Source: Diplonema japonicum
Taxonomy: Eukaryota > Protista > Euglenozoa: Diplonemea
Direction: 5' to 3'
NCBI GenBank assembly: GCA_964019335.1
Contig: OZ025714.1
Location: forward strand, 186,001-250,000
DNA: 64,000 nt
This document shows, piece by piece, positions 38,310 through 49,582 of the stretch. The notes under the pieces were generated by a model. The model was not told the DNA's origin and made no database searches. It was given only the letters and a program-made list of their open reading frames with translations. Made by a program: the position numbers and the translations under genes. Positions within the stretch are counted from its first letter, which is position 1, and each line of letters opens with the position of its first letter.

Positions 38310-39111
38310 TCACTCGTTTTCATGGTATAACAAATTGACTTGAAGATATAGGGCAAGAAGGAGAGCCTTGTTGTAGGCAGAGGTTGCCTCGGATGGGTAA
38401 GAGAAGACGAACGTATCTAGTTTTTTTATTTATTTTTTCCCCCTTCCATTTCTTTCCCCTATCCATACCAGGCTCGGGAGCACAACACGCACAGCAGACG
38501 TTAGAGGTAGACACAAATTCACCCAAGGTATCGGAAGCATAGTGGAGCGGCGCCCGGCAGCACGGACGAAGGCAAAGAAAGCAAGATGAAGGGCCCTTGA
38601 GGGTATGAGTGGTAGGGCTGCTTCCACGAGTCTCAAGGTACAAAGTGTTCGGGCAACAGCAAATTATATTGCAAGCGGATTCTGTGATCGAAGCTAAGGC
38701 TCCACCTGACCCTGATGTTTCGTATAAGAATGAACTTTGTAAACAGATGTAACAAGGCCTGTGGAAGGTAAGAACTGGGATTACAGGGTACTCCGGGTAG
38801 TGCAACTGCAGTTTTTGATCGATCGTGTGTTTAACAGCAAAGGGTGGTCCGAGGTTGATCTTCAGCCCCCTCCTACTTCGCAGCGGCCACACTCTGCAGC
38901 AGCACCCCGACTCTTCATACCCAACCAGCTCCGTTCCGTCTGCTTCGTTTTCGATGCCGTACTTCCCGGCGGTCCCGAAGCCGAAAAGCTCGCAGGGGGA
39001 GCTCAGCATGCGTTCCTCCTTCTCCCTCTCCTTCATTTGTCTCACCCGCACACCGTCCTTCATGACTTGCTCCAAGGGTTGCGTCCATTGGCTACCCGTG
39101 GTGCCATACAT
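38310..39111 (-). CDS. Phospholipid scramblase family protein
   Basis: EESGCCCR, TFHRPC, LKGP motifs; removing intron 38417-38468 gives the scramblase-like tail DTFVFSYP...NKALLLALYLQVNLLYHE*. Confidence 0.75.
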
Positions 39112-39329
39112 TATGTCCGCATCTCCCTTTTTTCTTTTTTGTTATGCCTTTTTTTTTTTCCAGTGAGCACCCCCATGCACACTGAAATTTTATCGAGTTT
39201 TTATTTTTTTTACTTCCACTGAATCCAGGGGGAAAAAAAAACATAAAAAAACACCATTTTGTTTACACATGAAGATGGGGAACGGGAGAGAAGGGAGGGG
39301 GGGGGAGATCTAAAGCACAAAAAGAAAAT

Positions 39330-42146
39330 CTAAAAGCGATCTACTGGGGTTGCCTGCGACAACACCGAACCTCCCGAAGCACCAGAGTTCCCCGAGGTGG
39401 AGGGCTGCCTTCCTGGTAGCCCTGCTAGCAGGTGCACGGTATCGTGGTTTGCAATGTCTTCGTCTTCAAGCCTACAAGGGGGAAGGGTTGTAAGATTCTT
39501 TTTTGTTCTTTCTTTCCCTCACATACTGTTTCTCGTCTATGAGCAACCTCCCTCTGAATATAAGCCTTTGCGTGGCAACCGGGTGTTTCCATGCGGTCTG
39601 TATTTTCTTTCTTCTTTTTTCTTCTATCTACACACCTGAATGTGCATTTTCAAATCCTTGACTGAACAGGGCTGGGGCACCGGTAGAGCAAGCATGTTTC
39701 CAACAAGGTCTTGAATGGTGAGCTGCCACATATTACCACCAACAGCAGGCGGAGCTGAGGAAGAAGAGTCGCTTCGCATGTATGGCGTGCTGCTGTGCCT
39801 GCGAGGCACGGGGGGGGTGTCGCCCAAAAAGTGCAGGATGCACCCATCGACAACGCCGCACTCAGCCAGCGTGCTGTTGTCGTGCAGGGCCGCACCTTTG
39901 AATATCAGCCTCTGTGCGGGGACCTCGTACGCCCACACTTCTTTAATGCTCTTCTTCACCCTGTTTATGGTGCTGCTATCATCCATTGTGAAGGCTACCG
40001 CATTTCCATCCAGATCCTCAATCACGATCTGCACCTTTTTCGCCGGCGCTGCTGTTGAGACGGGACTCCCCGCCCCTAAGCTCTGCACATCGATCTCCAC
40101 CTCCGTTTCTTCGTCTTGCGGCGAAGGTACAGCAGTGGCTGGTGTCCGCTCCGATCTCACCGATTGTACAGAAGGCTGCCTGTCAGCCGACACCAGCCTC
40201 ACAGAACTTTGCGGTGTCGACGCCCTCCGTACGGGCTCCTGCTTCATGAGCTGCACGCTGTGCACAGGCACAGAGCCCTTCCTTTCCATGCGGCGTGTGT
40301 CCGACTGCACGGAGCCCTGTCGCATGTCCTGGACTGAGTGCACAGACGGCTGCCTGTTGCCCTGCACGTTGGGTTCTGATGGCATCGAACGCACTGACGG
40401 TGCCGAGTCGCAGCTAAGCACCTCACGTGCCTCGTGCAATGCTTCCGACCTAGCAGACAGCACCGAGCCTTGCCGCGACTGGGGCTTCGGGGCCTCGGGT
40501 AGGGTAGACCGCACGAATGGCACTGGAGCCATGCCCTGCGGTGTGGGCTGTGCACTGGCCACACTTCTCAGATCCATTGAAGGCATGGACTGCACGTCAC
40601 CAGGTCCTTGGGAATGATTCCTCTGGTAAAAGTGCACGGAGCCCTGCCTAGGTGCGTCTTGTGACAGGTGCTGAACAAACTGTGCGCTTGCAGAGCTTCC
40701 CGACCTCTGCTGTGCAGGCTGGGGTACGTCGTGTGGCTGGGACGGTGCATCGCTACGTGAAGATGCTAGCGAGGGCACTGACCTGCGAATGGGCTGCAGG
40801 GTGGACTCTTGAGATGCAGTTGCTGTAGGAGTGCTCTGCCAGATCGGTTGCCGTACATGACTGGAAGGGAAAACCTCCGATTGTGTAAGTATCGAATGCA
40901 CGGACTGCCTGTCGTCGCGTAGTGTGGCGTTGTGGTCAGGGGAGGGCAGCACCGGCACCACCTGAGGGCTGAACGGAACTGGTGGCATTACGGGCGTGGG
41001 AGGTGCTGTTCCCTGAGGCAAGAATAGGCCGTCATAGGCAGGTGTAGGAAGCGTGCGCCGAGGCGATGCAGGCGTAGGGGGGTCGATGCCAACAGAGACG
41101 GTGGTCTTCTCCCTCACCTTATCCTGCTCTCGCGCGTGATTCATGTCGCAGATCGACGCCTTTAGAGTATCCAGCTCCAACTGCACTCTTATCTCCCTGT
41201 TGGCCACCAGCGAAACCGTGTCCATGAGGTTGCTCACTTGCTTTTTAAGGTAGCCGACCTCTCCTTGGAGCTCGCTGGCGACACCTTCCCAGTTAGGTTG
41301 CCGTGACTGTTGTTGCTGCGGCTGCGGCTGTGGCTGCGGCTGCGATTGCAGTTGTGGTGCCAGCAACTGTCTGGATGTGTGTACTGCAGAGGGCACAGCT
41401 ACGGTAGGAGCGGAAGGAGGAGCAATAGAAGCAGGAGGAGGCACGGTGCTTACGTCTGGAGAGAGGCGGCCGTTTCGGCGCTGTGGTGACGCGGGTCCCG
41501 GCGAGAGCCTTTGCTTGGGCTGGCTCCGGGTGTTCTTAGCCTTGACGGAGAGCATCTCAGACGGGAGCGTGGCAGGTCGCCGCCATGCTGGCTCGTCGAC
41601 CTTCTTGGGCGTGCCGGAGGAGAGGCTGGAGAGGTTCACCGCGTTGACGAGGTTTGAGTCCCACTGCAGCTCCCGGTCACGTGTAGGAGGTGACGGGAGG
41701 GCAGGCGGTGGAGGAGACGAGACCCGTGGAGCAGGGAGAGACGGCGGAGGCGACGTTACTTTTGTAGGCTGTGTCCCCCAAGTGTTGGAAAGAAATGACA
41801 CGCCCGTCGCCACAGCAGCAGGTGGGACTGGCGATGCTTTGCCCTTCCCGCTCAGCTTCCTGCTGGAGACGACGATGTTGGGGTGTTGGCTGGAGAGAGG
41901 CTTGAAGTCAGAGTCAGCGCTAAGCTGCGAGATGTCGATGACCCTTGTGGGGGAGAGGCACGGCACAGGTGGCGTCGATGGTTTCGGCTGCTGCATGAGG
42001 TGCCCCGTCAAGGCAGCGTTCCGAAGCTGCGGCACCGGGGCTGGCTTCGACAGGTCGGCCCGTCGGCCCCTTATGATCTCCACCCCACCAGACCCAAGCG
42101 AGAACCCGGCATTGTACACGATGGTACCAGACCCCGCAGCAGGCAT
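39330..42146 (-). CDS. Pro/Ser/Gln-rich protein with two C-terminal ubiquitin-like domains
   Basis: QRLIFKGAALHDNSTLAECGV; a second UBL (QRLIFRGRLLIDEKQLEDEDIANHDTVHL) appears after removing introns 39598-39635 and 39472-39526. Confidence 0.8.
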
Positions 42147-42313
42147 CCCCTCCTGAAGCAAACATGGTAAGGTCATAAAGTAAGTAACGAATAAAGGGGA
42201 AAAAAAAAACACAAAAAAAGAATTCTTTTTTTCTTTTTTTTTTTTTTTTAAATTTGAAATCTTCACGAGGGTTCCAAAAAAGAAAAAGAGAAAGGATAAA
42301 AAAAAGATCATCA

Positions 42314-43432
42314 TCACATGACAGCGCACGAAGAACCGGATTTGGCAGCCCGTTCTTCCGCAGCTTGGAGGGTGGCGAGCTTCTGCTGGAGGGTGGTAAC
42401 GGAGGCACGCCATTGAGGGAGCACCGAGGTGCGGAAGGCCTCCCAGTTGTCTTTGTGCCGGACGAGGAGCTGCTGGAGGCGAAGGGTAGATGCATCGTGG
42501 ATGTGTTTGATCTGCGGTGCATGGGCGACGCTGAGGTTGGTGGAAGCGGAGGCAAGTCTCTTAGTAAGAGCCGCCTCTGCCCGTTCAAGGCTTTCCTTAT
42601 CGTGTTTTAGCTGCTGCACGGCCTTAGTTAGTTCAATGTAATCGGGGTCGTTGCTATTCTGAAGCAATGTTCCAAGCGCTTCTCGTCTGTCCTCCATCAC
42701 CCTCCCCACCGGACCTACCAAGTCCCGCAACCCCACAATAACCGATTTATTCCGTGCCTCTAGAACGGCTATCTCCGCGTAAAAATCAAGCTTTGCCTGC
42801 AACGCTTGGATCTCGCTGTGCACCCCTGCCAACGACGACAGTGATGTGACCGCCACCAGCTGATCTTCAAAAGACTCCTCATCGAATTGTTGAATTGCAG
42901 GGATCGCCGCCATTTTCTCCCTGGTGGCATTTTTTTTTTTTTTTTTTTTTTTTTTCCCCCGCAGGGGGTTGAAATATAAAAGAAGAAAAAAAAAAAGAAA
43001 ATTCTACATTTACATGGAAAACACAGGTGAATCCATCTCGGTTCCTCCTATACCGGCAGCTATCGGGGAGGGCATGAGCTTTGAAGCTGACGGGGTCATG
43101 GTATGGGTGTAGGAAATGTTGTTCAGTGCCGTTACAGCGGGGGCCGAAGACAGTGGAGCTCTGGCCGGCTGGAGAGAAACGGCAAGAGACGGCATCACGT
43201 CGGAGGCTAGGTCTACGGGGTTGCTGGGCTCTGCGTGCCAGGATGCAACCTGACAAGAGTGGGAGTGCTCGCTGCATATAATGGCCACTGCTAGAGACAC
43301 AGTGCTGACAAATTTTCCTTCTCCCCTCAATGTCACCCCAGAGCTGCTACCTGTTACATTTCCACCCAACCTGGACATCACTTCTATTACTAATTTGCCT
43401 GAATCGAGGCTGTTGCATTCTATTACATACAT
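42314..43432 (-). CDS. Coiled-coil protein with C-terminal CaaX (CAVM) prenylation motif
   Basis: Two ORFs joined in frame by intron 42921-43013; ends SSCAVM*. Confidence 0.7.
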
Positions 43433-43574
43433 TTTTTTCCCCTCTTTTTTTTTTTTTTTTTTTCCCACGCGTTTTGCTTGCTGAGAAGTATGCTACTGGA
43501 AACAAATGGCTGGAACAAATTCGAGGGGAAAAAAAAAAAGAAAATAAAGAGCAGGAGGGTTAGGTGTCGTGTGT

Positions 43575-43610
<36 letters not shown>

Positions 43611-44123
43611 TGGGACATAAAATGCAAAAAAAAAAAAAAAAAAAAAATGGTGTAAAAATCATTTTGACTTTGATGCAGCCAAAAGAATGGGTAGGTGAAG
43701 AGAGTAAAAAAAAAAAAAAAAAAGGTGTAAATCAGGAAGGGAGGTAAAAAAAAAAAAAAAGAAAAAAAATTGGGGCGTTGTGCCCTTCTTTTTTTTTGTT
43801 ATCCTTTTTTACTTGCTTTCTTATTAATTTTTTTTTCTTCATTTTCCCTCCTCCAGGGACCGGAGGGGCAAGAAAAAAAAAAGAAGAAAAAAAAAAAAAA
43901 AAACATCCTTGCCAAGCTATTATTCCCCGTGGTATATATATTTTTTTCTTTTTTCTTTTTTTTTTTTTTGCTACAATACACCGAAAAAAGAAGAAGAAGA
44001 AAAGAATATCACATAAATATCACACACCCGTACTTTTTTTTTTTTTTTTAATTTAATTACTAAGGTTTCAGGGGGGTAACTATCTTATCAATTGGAAAAA
44101 AAAAAAAAAAAAAAAAAAAAAAA

Positions 44124-44862
44124 TAGCTATTTACTGCCAACAAGTAATGACTTTACCGTTACCTCGAGGTTCCGCATTTTACCGTCGAGGGCCCGCAGGG
44201 CCCGAGATGGTAAAATGCGGAACCGAGAGGTCGGTAAAGCATTACTTGGCGGTAGGTAAGTGGTTTTATTTCACGACACTCTGAAATTACTTCACCACGA
44301 GGGGCACAACAGGGTGACAAGGGGTACAACAAGAGAGGGGTTACAAAGGTTACAATACAAGTTGTTTTTCCTCCTTTTGTTGACTAAGAGCTGCCGCTGT
44401 CGCTGGCATTGCCACTGTCACCATCTCTAATCAGGCCTTCTCATACCTGGCGCGGCCGCTGGCTCCTTTTTTTCTGCTGCTTCGGTATTTTGAAGTCTTT
44501 TGGGGAGCTTGGGTAAGCTGACTAAGTTACCCTTACCCACAGAAGAGTTACCCCCAAAAACTGGGAACAAGGCCTAGCAAAAGTGGGCAAATTGGGAGGA
44601 AAAAGTAGTCCAACTTGGAAGCCGAGGCAAAAGTTGGCCAATTGAGCTGAACCTGGGGGGAAATTAGCAAACTGAGAGGAAAAAGTAGCCCCACTGGGAA
44701 CCGAACCGAGGCAAAAATTGGCCTACCGAGGCATATTATTTAACGGAAACCCCCTATTACTTCACGGAAAACAGGCCATTATTTCACCGTGAAGTAATGA
44801 GATTTAGCGTGAAGTAATGGGCCCCCCAGTGCGTGAAGTAATTTCTGAAGAGTGAAATAAAA
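44124..44862 (+). mobile_element. Non-coding A-A'-B-B' inverted-repeat element (Crypton-like?), family 2
   Basis: Hairpin about 44128-44258 with GGGCCC-GCA-GGGCCC apex; IR 44264-44295 with 44833-44862; repeated GTGAAGTAAT near the right end; flanked by A-runs. Confidence 0.75.
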
Positions 44863-45134
44863 AAAAAAAAAAAGAGAGAGAAAAAAAAAGAAAACTACGG
44901 GTGGGAGGCTTTTCTTCTTTTTTTCTACTTAGGATTTTCACTCAAAAATAAAACATAAAAATGAGAAGAACGGTCTAAATTCATAGGAGAGAGAATCAAG
45001 GGGAAGTGGGGTGGTGATTATAAAAAATAAAAAAAATAAAAAGAAACGAACAGAACTGAGGCAAGCGAAAAGAACAAAATAAAATCCTTTCTATTTTTTT
45101 TTTTTTTTTAAATTTTTTATTTTTTATTTTTATT

Positions 45135-45414
45135 TTATTTTTTTTCTATTGCAAAAGGGAACAGTTGATAACTTTGACCCGTGTTGGGTAGTGTAAGGTT
45201 TTTACCTGTTTTTTTTTTTTTTTTTTAATTTCTTTTTATAGTCCTCCTGCCCTCCCTCCATACCAGGGGCCCATTGTATTGTTATCGATTGCGCATTAGC
45301 CGGGATGACAAAATTAGTGACACCACTGGACCCCTCCTGCTGTTGATGCTGCTGTGTGCACGACGAAGGGAGAGCGGTGGTGGTAGCTGGCCTCGAAGCG
45401 CGTGTTATTGGCAT
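45135..45414 (-). CDS. Possible small protein (about 73 aa)
   Basis: ATG after an A-run; intron-like GTATGG...A-tract-CAG at 45206-45263; no recognisable domain. Confidence 0.3.
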
Positions 45415-45576
45415 TTTTTTTTTATATAAAAAAAAAAAAAAAACGGGGGGAGTGATCCTTTTTTTTTTTTTTTTTTTTTTTGGAAGGCGATTAGAAATGG
45501 GGGAATAAAAAAAAAAAAAAAAAGAGACATTTAAGGGTACCTGCGGTATGTGGCAGGACGCCTGAAGAGTCTCAAT

Positions 45577-47580
45577 CTATCTCTTGATCGAACCATTCTG
45601 CTGTGGTGTGGCCTTCGGCCCCTCGTTCACCCTCCTCGGTACCTTAGGTATAAAACCCTCAACCGAGTTGGTAAGGACACAATAGTTGTACAGTTGTTTC
45701 TCAAGGATGTGGCGGGTCACCGGGGAGGCGAATACCGGTCTAGAGGAGTAGCCCCTTACGGAGCTGTTGTAGTAACCCAACGTGCGTAGGGAGTGGACAG
45801 AAACTACTGAAGCAGCTGGGATGAGGGGCGCTATGCCCTTACTGGTGTGGATGCGTTCTAGTGCCGTTATCACCCGGCCTATTACACGCGCGCTCACTTG
45901 GATGTCCTCACCCTCTTCACAAGGCGAGAGTCCCACCGTGGCAATGAAGTCTATGGCCAGCTCAAGCCTGGAGACCTGTCCACCATCGGATGACGTGCGG
46001 GATGAGCCGTGGGAGGTACTGTTGCCTCAAACCATTGTCGCAGTACCACCTCAGTGGCCGTGGCTTAAGCAAACTCCCCTTCTCGAAAGGCCTGTTCCAC
46101 AGGTGAACGCTGAAGTTCATCGTCTTTTTCCGTGCGAAGGTGAGTTGTAAGCTACCAGTAATCTCCGCCATCATCAGCTGCAACTCGGCAGTGTCCAGCC
46201 CGAGTCCCACTGTCGCGATGCCGTGCAGTTGCGTGCACCGGGGCCACTGGTTGTGCACAGCGCCGCCCGCGTCTCGGAAGCTGTCCTGATGTGCTCGTGC
46301 GCCTGACAGTCCCAGAGGGTGTGCTCCAGGAGTCGCAGCCCATGCATTTCGTCCGCCCCCCGACCGTGTCGTTGATGATCTTGGGGTGGAACGGGAAAAC
46401 AGCCCCAGTTATCACCTGCAGTACCCTTCGTGCTTTGGGAGGGTTGCGGGTCGCCAGGTGCAGGTGTAGCCCGTTGGTTGCCACTTCGTCGATGTCGCCC
46501 GTCCCTTGAAAGGAGGGTCTGCTCTCCTCGAGGTCCGCTCGCAGGTGGACCTTCAGGAGCTTCCTGACCTCATGCTTCAGTGCCCCAGGCTCTAGGGGGA
46601 CCCATTGCCGCGCGAATTGCGCCCAGCTGGACCCTAGTTCCTCCAGCAGCTCGTGGGTCTGTCCGAGTATCCCGCGCGGGGCGAGGGGGTTTCCTTCGGG
46701 CGGCCTCCTTGTAGCCGTCTCTGCACGCCCTGACGAGTGAACTGGACTCATCGTCGCTCCTCATCATCCGCGCAAACGTTGTGATCCTGCGGTATGCGGC
46801 TGCTGAGTACGGGTCCAGCCTGTGTCCTTTGAAAGCCACCCCGAGAAGGGCGCCTGACGAGCGTGTTGGGTTGTGTGGGCCCCATATGCAAGAGGTAATC
46901 TTCTTCCTGAGGGAGTCCAAGAGCGAGTCCGTGGGTGGCGTGTAGAGCACTCCGTAGAGCGCCGCTGGTAGGATGCAGTCTTCTATCAGTTGGGCCTTAC
47001 GCGTTCTCGTGATTTGGGTCACTGTGAGCCTGTCGACAGCATCTAGCGCCGTGGCGATCCTTGTGTTCTTCGTCCTGGTGGGCTGCAGGCACACCGTACA
47101 CCCCAGCATAGTTACGCTTTTCACCGTATCGAATAAGGTGCCCCTCATCGCCAGCTTGCTTCTGTACCCCTTCTTGGTGCTAAAGGGCTTTGTTTTCCCC
47201 GGGTGTACCGACATGTTTGTCAGGCGGCAGAGCTCGTCCAGCAAGAGTATGGAACTCTGGACCGCCTTCTCCGAGATCCTAGAGAAGAGGTATAGGCCGT
47301 CCGCGTAGGAGATGGGTAGGACTTCTGGGGATGTGGTGACGCATCGCCTGGTGTAGGCAGCGAGGATGGCGTTGATGAAGACGGGTGAGATAGGGCACAT
47401 GCCCAGTCTCTCCGCAAGGTCGAACGTTAACGTGACAGGGACGGAGTCGAAACACTTCCTGAAGTCTACCGACAGGCCATACAAGGGTTCTGCCCCCTGT
47501 CGAGCATTTTCCACCTGCGCACACACTTTGAAGAGTAGGTCATCGACGCCGTGTTTTGGCCTAAAGCCGTGCTGCGTCGG
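45577..47580 (-). mobile_element. Degenerate, 5'-truncated non-LTR retrotransposon with reverse transcriptase
   Basis: QHGFRP, LSVDFRKCFDSVP, SYADG (mutated YADD) and TMLGC motifs; the QG motif region is deleted; CMGC..HTLWDC knuckle; frameshifts. Confidence 0.88.
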
Positions 47581-47670
47581 GGAAAAAAGAAAAAGAAGAA
47601 AAAAAAATACTCAGAGAAACAGAATACTGTACAAACAATAATAATAATAACAAAAAAAAAAAAGAAATGC

Positions 47671-48660
47671 CTAACCCAGCAACGACCTTGGGTTCCAACC
47701 ACTACTCAGCGAAGTCGTCTCAACTGCCCACCTCAAAGGTGTCGCGAAGGCCAGCACCGATTGCCACTGCTCGGCCTCTTCCCGCTTGATGCTATGCCGT
47801 GCCTGCGTCTCGTCTGGTGTTGTTAACTCATAAGCCTTTATATATTGGTAGGTAGTGAACTGTGGCTCTTTTGGCTCTACCTGTAGTGGTGTTGCCATCA
47901 GTTTTTCCTTCGCTTCTTCCAGTTCTCGGCTCAGCGCGGAGATCTCTCTGGTTTTTGCCGCGCTCACCAGCCTCAGCTTCGCGCCCTCTTCCTTGAGCAT
48001 TTCTCGTTCTTCAACAGCACGGAGCAGCTCGGCCTTGTGGGCTTCTTTTAAAACCATGCATTCTTCCCGCTGCTTGAGGAGCTCCTCGCGCAATTTTTGA
48101 TTGTCTTTTTTAGATTCCTCGAAGAGCTGGGTTTGAATCTTTGCACATTCAAGTTTTGTGGACATATCTTGTAGAAGGCCGCGCATTTGAAGAACCTCAT
48201 GCTGCGCTGCTTTAAGAGCAACGTCACTGAGAGGAACTGGAGGGGCTACTACAACAGGCACGGGCGGTGGAAGGGGTTCCGATGCGTCTTTTGCGGGTTC
48301 GGGTTCGGGTTCGGTACCCGTTTCACCTTCAATACTTAGCCACGAAGGTGTCCCTCCTGGGCCTACTACAACCACAAAATCTCCAGCTGACTCTACTCCG
48401 TATGAGGTGAGGGGTAGGTCGATGTTCATTTCTTCTCGTACAGACAGTGTACTCTGAGCTCCCTTCCACTTCGTCGCATCTGCCTTGTCGCAGACAGTGA
48501 AGAGTTTGTACCCTTCAAGGGTTTTGAGCTTTAGCTTGTCGGCTATTTTGCCCAAATAGGTGTGGATCGGGTCAGAAGGGGACTTGATGGCAGCTACTTT
48601 CTTGTCTTTTGGGACCCACATATCGGTTCTATTCCCGCCTACCAGCCGGATGACAACCAT
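47671..48660 (-). CDS. Hypothetical protein with globular N-terminal domain and coiled coil
   Basis: About 330-aa ORF; ATG after an A-run; heptad-rich C-terminal half. Confidence 0.7.
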   Translation of the reverse strand: MVVIRLVGGNRTDMWVPKDKKVAAIKSPSDPIHTYLGKIADKLKLKTLEGYKLFTVCDKADATKWKGAQSTLSVREEMNIDLPLTSYGVESAGDFVVVVGPGGTPSWLSIEGETGTEPEPEPAKDASEPLPPPVPVVVAPPVPLSDVALKAAQHEVLQMRGLLQDMSTKLECAKIQTQLFEESKKDNQKLREELLKQREECMVLKEAHKAELLRAVEEREMLKEEGAKLRLVSAAKTREISALSRELEEAKEKLMATPLQVEPKEPQFTTYQYIKAYELTTPDETQARHSIKREEAEQWQSVLAFATPLRWAVETTSLSSGWNPRSLLG

Positions 48661-49582
48661 TTTTTTTTTACCCCCCTTCTCCTTTGGTTTCATCATAAGT
48701 GCAGGGAGCGGGTAAAAAAAAAAGAAGAAGGGGGGGAAGAAAAGATGTTACTTACTTTTTTTTTTTTTTATAAAAAATTATTTTCTATATTTTTTTTCTT
48801 CTTTTATTTTTCCTTGCCCCTTCCATTGTGGGGGGGGGGGGGGGGGGGTGTGGGGGAGAGTAACATACATAAGTCGTATGGCAACAACCTAAGGACACAC
48901 ACACCTTTTTTTTTTTTTTTATATAATAATAATATTATATATTTTTTCCCCTTCTTCTTTTTTTTTAAAAAAAAAGAGGGTGGTCTGGGTGCAAGTCACG
49001 AAGAACCGCTATAACTGGCTTCTGTATGAGAAGGATACAGGGGGGGGTGAAGGAAGGTCGAAAAAAAAAAACCGAAAAATTATTACTTCTTTGTGTTGAG
49101 AAAAGGATTTAGAATGTATGGAACATCAAAGAGTGAATAGGGGGGGGGGGGTATTTTGCCAGAGAAGATGGAAGGGGTGCAAAGTGTAGGCGAGTGCAGC
49201 TTCTTCAACGGAACAAAAAAGAAAATAGACATCTAAGAACAGAGTACAGTACCGTGATACCAAGCCAGAATAAGGAAACGTTGCTTTGTGTTTACTTTAC
49301 TTTTTTTTTTTTTTAAATCTTTTTTTAATTTATCCGCCTTCCTTTGTCATCTCTTTAAGCTAACTACCACTTTTTTTTTCTTCTTTCTTTTTCTTTCTTT
49401 TTGACACCGAGGCAAGCTTATTATTTTTGGGAGAAAATAAAAAAAAAAAAAAAAAAATAAAAAACCAATACAGAAACGGACCTAAATAAAAAAAAAGGGG
49501 GTGGGTGCGGGGGCGGGGGAACTTTTTTTTCTCTTTTACACGCCTATGTTTGTATAAATATCCCCCCCCCCCCACTCTCCGT

